A DNA stretch of 48,610 nt, from the NCBI GenBank assembly GCA_027037025.1, contig JALWBS010000005.1, positions 1 to 48,610 of the forward strand, written 5' to 3'. Shown here piece by piece: positions 44,816 through 48,610 of the stretch. Source of the DNA: Desulfurococcales archaeon. GTDB taxonomy: Archaea; Thermoproteota; Thermoprotei_A; Sulfolobales; Ignisphaeraceae. Numbering within the stretch: position 1 is the stretch's first letter; each line of letters opens with the position of its first letter. Under the pieces are notes generated by a model that saw only the letters and a program-made list of their open reading frames with translations, was not told the origin of the DNA and ran no database searches. The position numbers and the translations under genes were made by a program.

Positions 44816-45445
44816 TTATCGAGGCTCTTTCTCGAAGGTGAAGCTAGCACACTTGAACACTCCATGAGCGTTGCACACGTAGTTACAGTAATAGAGATGT
44901 TCGTATATACACACATCGTCTAGGCACAGCTCGATCGTTCCGACACCGCTGTTGAAATCGAAGTCCTTGTAGTCCTTGGAGAAGTTCACTCCCCACGCCT
45001 CTCCAATAACGACAAATGGATAGGCATCTCCGCCACGGCTAGACTTTGCAAAGGCATCGATTCCGCACGACTCTAGGTATCGAGCAACTAATCTGAGTAG
45101 AATCGAATCATCTTCGAGGCTCAGACTAGCGATCGCATCAGTAAGCTTACCATCGCTCTTCACAACCTTTGGAACGATGAAGTACACCGATCCATGACCG
45201 TCGTATAGCTCGATAACCGCGAGATCCGTCTTCTCCTCAATCAATTTCCATAGCTCAGATACGTAGTTCCTGAGCTCGTCGTACATCTCATCGCTTAGAT
45301 CGTACTTCTCCCTCATCTCATCGAGTACGCCGTAAATCCCTTCATCGCTTAGAACCAGCGTTCTCCCACGAATCATGTTCTTCAGAATTTCCTTCGCGAA
45401 CTCGTATTTCAAATCGGTTGATTGAGATACAACTATTTGACTCAT
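44816..45445 (-). CDS. hypothetical protein (209 aa)
   Basis: ATG 45445, 6 nt downstream of leader motif 45452..45471. The ORF-track extension to 45544 is Cys/Ser-rich and overlaps the small TM ORF in another frame. Confidence 0.6.
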   Translation of the reverse strand: MSQIVVSQSTDLKYEFAKEILKNMIRGRTLVLSDEGIYGVLDEMREKYDLSDEMYDELRNYVSELWKLIEEKTDLAVIELYDGHGSVYFIVPKVVKSDGKLTDAIASLSLEDDSILLRLVARYLESCGIDAFAKSSRGGDAYPFVVIGEAWGVNFSKDYKDFDFNSGVGTIELCLDDVCIYEHLYYCNYVCNAHGVFKCASFTFEKEPR

Positions 45446-45451
45446 GTCAAA

Positions 45452-45471
45452 CCCCCGTGATCCATAAAAAC
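45452..45471 (-). promoter_or_regulatory. cassette leader motif copy (insert variant)
   Basis: Minus strand: GTTTTTATGGATCACGGGGG-tttgac-ATG(45445). Confidence 0.65.
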
Positions 45472-45638
45472 TAGCATCGACGTAGCTTGACACACTCCAC
45501 GAATATGCATAGAAACATTGTGAACAGCACAACGATGCCGCCAATCAACATGTATAGAGCCGCATCGACACCAATAACAAGACTAATGAGCAGAGCGATG
45601 ATGATGAGCACCACCGTAGCTAGAACAACGCTCCTCAT
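45471..45638 (-). CDS. small membrane protein (55 aa, MRSVVLATVVLIIIALLISLVIGVDAALYMLIGGIVVLFTMFLCIFVECVKLRRC), not in ORF track
   Basis: Hand-translated. The ATG overlaps the TGA stop of 45635..45913 (ATGA). Two hydrophobic helices. Its stop lies inside the next leader motif. Confidence 0.5.
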   Translation of the reverse strand: MRSVVLATVVLIIIALLISLVIGVDAALYMLIGGIVVLFTMFLCIFVECVKLRRC

Positions 45639-45913
45639 CCTCCCCTCCCCTTGAGATTTTCAAGTATTATTTTCCACCACATGCATGGGTGTTCTATCCA
45701 TATCCACCACCACTTGATCCAAAACGCTAAGTCATCGAGATCCCTACGTTGCTTCGGATCGTACCACACCTCCTTGGCATGTATATACGTGAAGATCTCT
45801 AACCACCATTGAATGCTATCGAAGAAAAGCACCGTTCGAGGAACGTGATATCCACGAGAGCGTTTTTCGAGCAATAAACGCCATGGATCAAAAGGTGTCC
45901 TTATAATCTCCAT
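45635..45913 (-). CDS. Trp-rich small protein ending in GRGG (92 aa)
   Basis: ATG 45913, 5 nt downstream of leader motif 45919..45931. Contains FWIKWWWIWIEHPCMWWKII and has the C-terminus LKGRGG. Confidence 0.55.
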   Translation of the reverse strand: MEIIRTPFDPWRLLLEKRSRGYHVPRTVLFFDSIQWWLEIFTYIHAKEVWYDPKQRRDLDDLAFWIKWWWIWIEHPCMWWKIILENLKGRGG

Positions 45914-45918
45914 TCTAA

Positions 45919-45931
45919 CCCCCGTGAAAAA
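45919..45931 (-). promoter_or_regulatory. cassette leader motif copy
   Basis: Minus strand: TTTTTCACGGGGG-ttaga-ATG(45913). Confidence 0.8.
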
Positions 45932-45935
45932 TGAG

Positions 45936-46496
45936 TTATGATATGTAGAGAAGTGTAGATGGACGAAGGGTTTGTAGTGGTGGCGGCGGAACAATCACGT
46001 CGCGGTGCGGTGATAGAGCGGCGATGGGGATGGATAGCATGCGATAGTCTAGATTAAACAACATGTATACTATCGGAATCACCTTGTCATTTATGGTCTT
46101 GCGAAACTCGATGCCAAACATGCCGATTAGCTTGAAGATGGCGTCGATCTCGTTGAACGCTACAAGATACTCACCAATCAACTCAGCAATTTTGCGCAGA
46201 GCCTCTTCAAGTTCACGCTGATAAACGCTCGTTATGATATACACCATGGACGAATACTCCCTTTCAACTGTTTTCTGAATCATGACGATAAGTTCGCTAC
46301 ATTGCTTCAACACAACATAGCTAATCGTTATTTTATAGATTCGCAATGTTCCATGTGGAACAACGATCGATAATGAGCATTTGCGATCACTGCAATAATG
46401 ATCGACATAGCCAACGTATGTCGAAACCTCATGGATTTTCTCGAAGTAATTACATAGCTGTGAAAACACGTTATACAATGGATCCAGAGGTTTCAT
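45936..46496 (-). CDS. hypothetical protein (186 aa)
   Basis: ATG 46496, 5 nt downstream of leader motif 46502..46515. Confidence 0.6.
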   Translation of the reverse strand: MKPLDPLYNVFSQLCNYFEKIHEVSTYVGYVDHYCSDRKCSLSIVVPHGTLRIYKITISYVVLKQCSELIVMIQKTVEREYSSMVYIITSVYQRELEEALRKIAELIGEYLVAFNEIDAIFKLIGMFGIEFRKTINDKVIPIVYMLFNLDYRMLSIPIAALSPHRDVIVPPPPLQTLRPSTLLYIS

Positions 46497-46501
46497 AAAC
46501 A

Positions 46502-46515
46502 CCCCCGTGAAAAAG
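46502..46515 (-). promoter_or_regulatory. cassette leader motif copy
   Basis: Minus strand: CTTTTTCACGGGGG-tgttt-ATG(46496). Confidence 0.8.
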
Positions 46516-46580
46516 AATGCAATTCAACGCTATTAAATAAAAATAAAATTTGTTTTGGATGGAAAGAGGATTTAGAGATG

Positions 46581-46853
46581 TTATCCGGCGATATCGAGCT
46601 TTTCAACACGGATAGTAATATTCTCGTTTCTCGATCTTAACTCGTTGATCTTCTGCTCGAAGTCCATCGGACTAACAGGGTTGTCATTTACGAACACACG
46701 TATCTTGCTCCAACCCTTGGATCTAGCAATTTCAATGATTTTCTGCTTTATTTCGCTAGGACTCATCCCTCGAATGCTGATCTCTTCATTTTCTACTACT
46801 AGTTTTTCAGACGGTGTTATGTTCCAAGTTTGTTCTACATTCCATTCACTCAT
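46581..46853 (-). CDS. small protein with beta-grasp (ThiS/MoaD/ubiquitin-like) sequence pattern and C-terminal Gly (90 aa)
   Basis: ATG 46853, 8 nt downstream of leader motif 46862..46874. ...KLVVENEEISIRGMSPSEIKQKIIEIARSKGWSKIRVFVNDNPVSP...NENITIRVEKLDIAG ends exactly at Gly. Confidence 0.55.
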   Translation of the reverse strand: MSEWNVEQTWNITPSEKLVVENEEISIRGMSPSEIKQKIIEIARSKGWSKIRVFVNDNPVSPMDFEQKINELRSRNENITIRVEKLDIAG

Positions 46854-46861
46854 ACCCCACA

Positions 46862-46874
46862 CCCCCGTGAAAAA
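46862..46874 (-). promoter_or_regulatory. cassette leader motif copy
   Basis: Minus strand: TTTTTCACGGGGG-tgtggggt-ATG(46853). Confidence 0.8.
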
Positions 46875-46884
46875 TAATAGAGTG

Positions 46885-47082
46885 TTAATCGATTTGTTTT
46901 AGTGCATCGAGAATTTGGCGATGCACTTCATGAGATATCGGTACCTCGATCTCCTTCGATGGTAGTACAATAACTAGTTTGCTGGATACAATGCGAATTA
47001 TTGGATAGTTACCGTTGCACGCCGGCATTAATACCAGTTCACCATGTTTATTATCGATACACAAGCCGTACTTGCATTTCAT
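46885..47082 (-). CDS. hypothetical small protein (65 aa)
   Basis: ATG 5 nt downstream of leader motif 47088..47100. Confidence 0.5.
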   Translation of the reverse strand: MKCKYGLCIDNKHGELVLMPACNGNYPIIRIVSSKLVIVLPSKEIEVPISHEVHRQILDALKQID

Positions 47083-47087
47083 ACAAA

Positions 47088-47100
47088 CCCCGTGGAATAG
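47088..47100 (-). promoter_or_regulatory. cassette leader motif copy (T-run degenerate)
   Basis: Minus strand: CTATTCCACGGGG-tttgt-ATG(47082). Confidence 0.6.
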
Positions 47101-47113
47101 GCAACGAGCGGGG

Positions 47114-47134
47114 TATACATATAATATATGTATA
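47114..47134. promoter_or_regulatory. perfect 21-bp palindrome TATACATATAATATATGTATA flanked by G runs (TATA candidate)
   Basis: Arms at 47114..47123 and 47125..47134 are exact reverse complements. Lies about 35-50 nt upstream of ATG 47082. Confidence 0.45.
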
Positions 47135-47183
47135 GGGGGTGAATCGTTTGGTTGGAACCTAACTAGAATAAAGGGATTGAATT

Positions 47184-47197
47184 CCCGTGAAGAAAAA
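47184..47197 (-). promoter_or_regulatory. orphan cassette leader motif copy (no ORF behind it)
   Basis: Minus strand: TTTTTCTTCACGGG-aattcaatcc... No ATG follows. Lies 4 nt after the stop of the E2-like gene. Confidence 0.55.
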
Positions 47198-47200
47198 TGG

Positions 47201-48274
47201 TTAGAAATCGATGCATTTGTCTATGCTCACACCATCATCGTACAGATCGTTGAAGATTTCTGGAGTGTACGCCGATGTCGATGGTATCGATAGTATCTTC
47301 ACGATCTTGTCAATTATTGACCTTAGCACATCAGTGGTTAGTCTATCGTAAGACTTAAGAATTTCTCGCTCCGCAGATCCTAGACACACTATACCATCGT
47401 CACTTATGTTCGGATGATAATACTCCTTATCCTTGTACAGAAGGAAAGCGTCGCCTTTCACCTCTACTAGCGAGTAATGTTTCTCCGATATGTTGAATAC
47501 TAATGTTATTGTTTTTACCACTACCTTGATCGGTGGCACGGCTACTAAGCATCCCCTTCTATGGTTAGCGATGACATTCGTTTCTATCTCCTTCTCGATG
47601 CTGAACGTGATGATGAGCCTATCTTCCTCGGTTCTGATCTCCTCAATATTCAACTCTTTCGGAGATAAATCTATTGGTGGTATGGACGTTATGTACAATG
47701 GTAGATACCTCAGCTCATTCAAATATTCGAACGACAATCTTCTCAGCTCAAAGCGCTTGGTGATATCCGCTCCTAGAACCTTCAGCTTCAGCATCTTCAT
47801 AGCATTGACCGCAAATAACCATAGTGATGGCACTTTGTTATGCGTTATGTCGGATATCACAAAGGTGTTGCGCTTAGGATCGTAGCACATATATTCGGTA
47901 CAATAACCATGTTTTGTTCGCATATCGGTTGTGCACGGATGCCCTTCGTTGAAGATCCTAAGTATCTTATCGATATCGAATTCATCTTCTATTCTATGTT
48001 CGTAGATGTCGGTGCGAATGCCGTCAATGTAGCAGTATATCAGAACAGCGTTTCGCGGTATTTCTTTTAGCTCGCCGTGATTTATCACATACTTAATTCC
48101 TAGTTCTTTCAATTCCTTGGCGAACATCTCCACAAAGATTCTAGAATATTCGTAATCGGTGTGCACTATGCCATTGGTTGTTATTATGTCTTCGCAATCT
48201 ACACACATCTTCCTTAGATACTCAACATCATCAGTATTAGTATCAGAATGAGTTTGGATTATCCATTCGGACAT
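47201..48274 (-). CDS. two-domain protein with C-terminal E2/UBC-like (ubiquitin-conjugating enzyme fold) domain (357 aa)
   Basis: ATG 48274, 5 nt downstream of leader motif 48280..48295. KEYYHPNISDDGIVCLG (His codon 47414..47416, Cys codon 47384..47386), then TTDVLRSIIDKIVKILSIPSTSAYTPEIFNDLY, parallels the UBC core YHPNIxxxGxICL...vlxSIxxLLxxPNxxxPxxxEiaxxy. A KRFELRRLSFEYLNEL helix lies at the domain start. Confidence 0.7.
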   Translation of the reverse strand: MSEWIIQTHSDTNTDDVEYLRKMCVDCEDIITTNGIVHTDYEYSRIFVEMFAKELKELGIKYVINHGELKEIPRNAVLIYCYIDGIRTDIYEHRIEDEFDIDKILRIFNEGHPCTTDMRTKHGYCTEYMCYDPKRNTFVISDITHNKVPSLWLFAVNAMKMLKLKVLGADITKRFELRRLSFEYLNELRYLPLYITSIPPIDLSPKELNIEEIRTEEDRLIITFSIEKEIETNVIANHRRGCLVAVPPIKVVVKTITLVFNISEKHYSLVEVKGDAFLLYKDKEYYHPNISDDGIVCLGSAEREILKSYDRLTTDVLRSIIDKIVKILSIPSTSAYTPEIFNDLYDDGVSIDKCIDF

Positions 48275-48610
48275 GTGAACCCCCGTGAGAAAAAGATAGG
48301 ATGTCGGATAGATTGAACACATGGTTCAATCTAAACGATCGGTATAGTGATATCATTAGATAGACAATTATCGAAGCCGCGAGAATAGCGGTAGCATCAT
48401 CATCGATCTTGCGATCGATAACCACGATCATGTAATTGCCGCGATCATATACACGCTTAACCTTCTCAACATCGCTTTTAGATACTAAGAATAACTTTAT
48501 CGATGGTCTGAACTCGCTGAACATCGCTAGTAGCAAATCCACATCATTGGTAATAACCACATCGATTTTGAACGGTCGCAACAACGATAGGTATTCATAG
48601 AATTGGTGAT
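48243..48610 (-). CDS. hypothetical protein, 5' end open at window edge
   Basis: The frame is open from 48608 downward (HQFYEYLSLLRPFKIDVVITNDVDLL...). The ORF-track TTG 48584 is only the first possible start. The 3' end reads through leader motif 48280..48295. Confidence 0.4.
   Translation of the reverse strand, partial: HQFYEYLSLLRPFKIDVVITNDVDLLLAMFSEFRPSIKLFLVSKSDVEKVKRVYDRGNYMIVVIDRKIDDDATAILAASIIVYLMISLYRSFRLNHVFNLSDILSFSHGGSHVRMDNPNSF
48280..48295 (-). promoter_or_regulatory. cassette leader motif copy
   Basis: Minus strand: CTTTTTCTCACGGGGG-ttcac-ATG(48274). Confidence 0.8.

Noticed and set aside
37615-48295. Explaining the leader motif simply as the Shine-Dalgarno sequence of these genes
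   Set aside because: This is only partly adequate. The G-run at 4-8 nt from the ATG can be an SD, and similar AGGGG sites precede 24111 and 37208. Genes elsewhere in the window use GGTGA/GAGGTG without the invariant CAC and TTTTTC prefix. One copy (47184) has no gene at all.
48243-48610. PIN/NYN-like nuclease call for ..FKIDVVITNDVDLLLAMF..IVVIDRKIDDDATAIL..
   Set aside because: The acidic-residue pattern is suggestive, but too short and ambiguous to assign a fold without a profile search. The gene is left as hypothetical.

Overview
This is a gene-dense 48.6-kb window with about 70 CDS, mostly on the minus strand. It looks like a crenarchaeal (Thermoproteota-type) virus or virus-plasmid hybrid, not core chromosome. 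All calls come from reading the sequence and ORF track by eye; no database search was run, so domain calls rest on recognised sequence motifs. Support for an archaeal mobile element: (a) BRE/TATA-like AAAGGTTTTATTT boxes lie about 30-40 nt upstream of starts, with GGTGA/GAGGTG/GGGG Shine-Dalgarno-like sites. (b) The gene content is typical of such elements: ribbon-helix-helix proteins, three paralogous HTH + C2H2 zinc-finger proteins, a stand-alone Cas4-like nuclease, a serine recombinase and a TnpB-like gene. (c) There is a large morphogenesis-like block: AAA+ ATPase, P-loop NTPase, a 1493-aa coiled-coil/membrane protein, a lectin-like glycoprotein, a tail-fibre-like protein and many small membrane proteins. 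Recognisable enzymes are a class II (bacterial-type) CCA-adding enzyme with an HD domain and a MYG1/UPF0160-like exonuclease. No rRNA, tRNA or CRISPR array was recognised. Main hunt results: (1) From 37.6 kb to the window end, consecutive same-strand small genes are each preceded 4-8 nt upstream of their ATG by a conserved element, TTTTTC-(N0-9)-CACGGGGG. There are 17 clear copies plus 1 degenerate copy, found nowhere else in the window. (2) Inside this array, one protein carries a eukaryote-like E2/UBC signature (YHPNIxxxGxxCL with canonical spacing). Two genes downstream of it is a small beta-grasp-like protein ending in Gly. (3) A 1.5-kb non-coding region (0.64-2.19 kb) carries 3 x 61-bp tandem repeats, a perfect 25-bp inverted repeat and dispersed iteron-like copies, and is a putative origin. 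(4) The open reading frames cut by the two window edges join in frame, consistent with a complete circular replicon. Many ORF-track starts were re-called using the conserved leader motif or SD-like sites.
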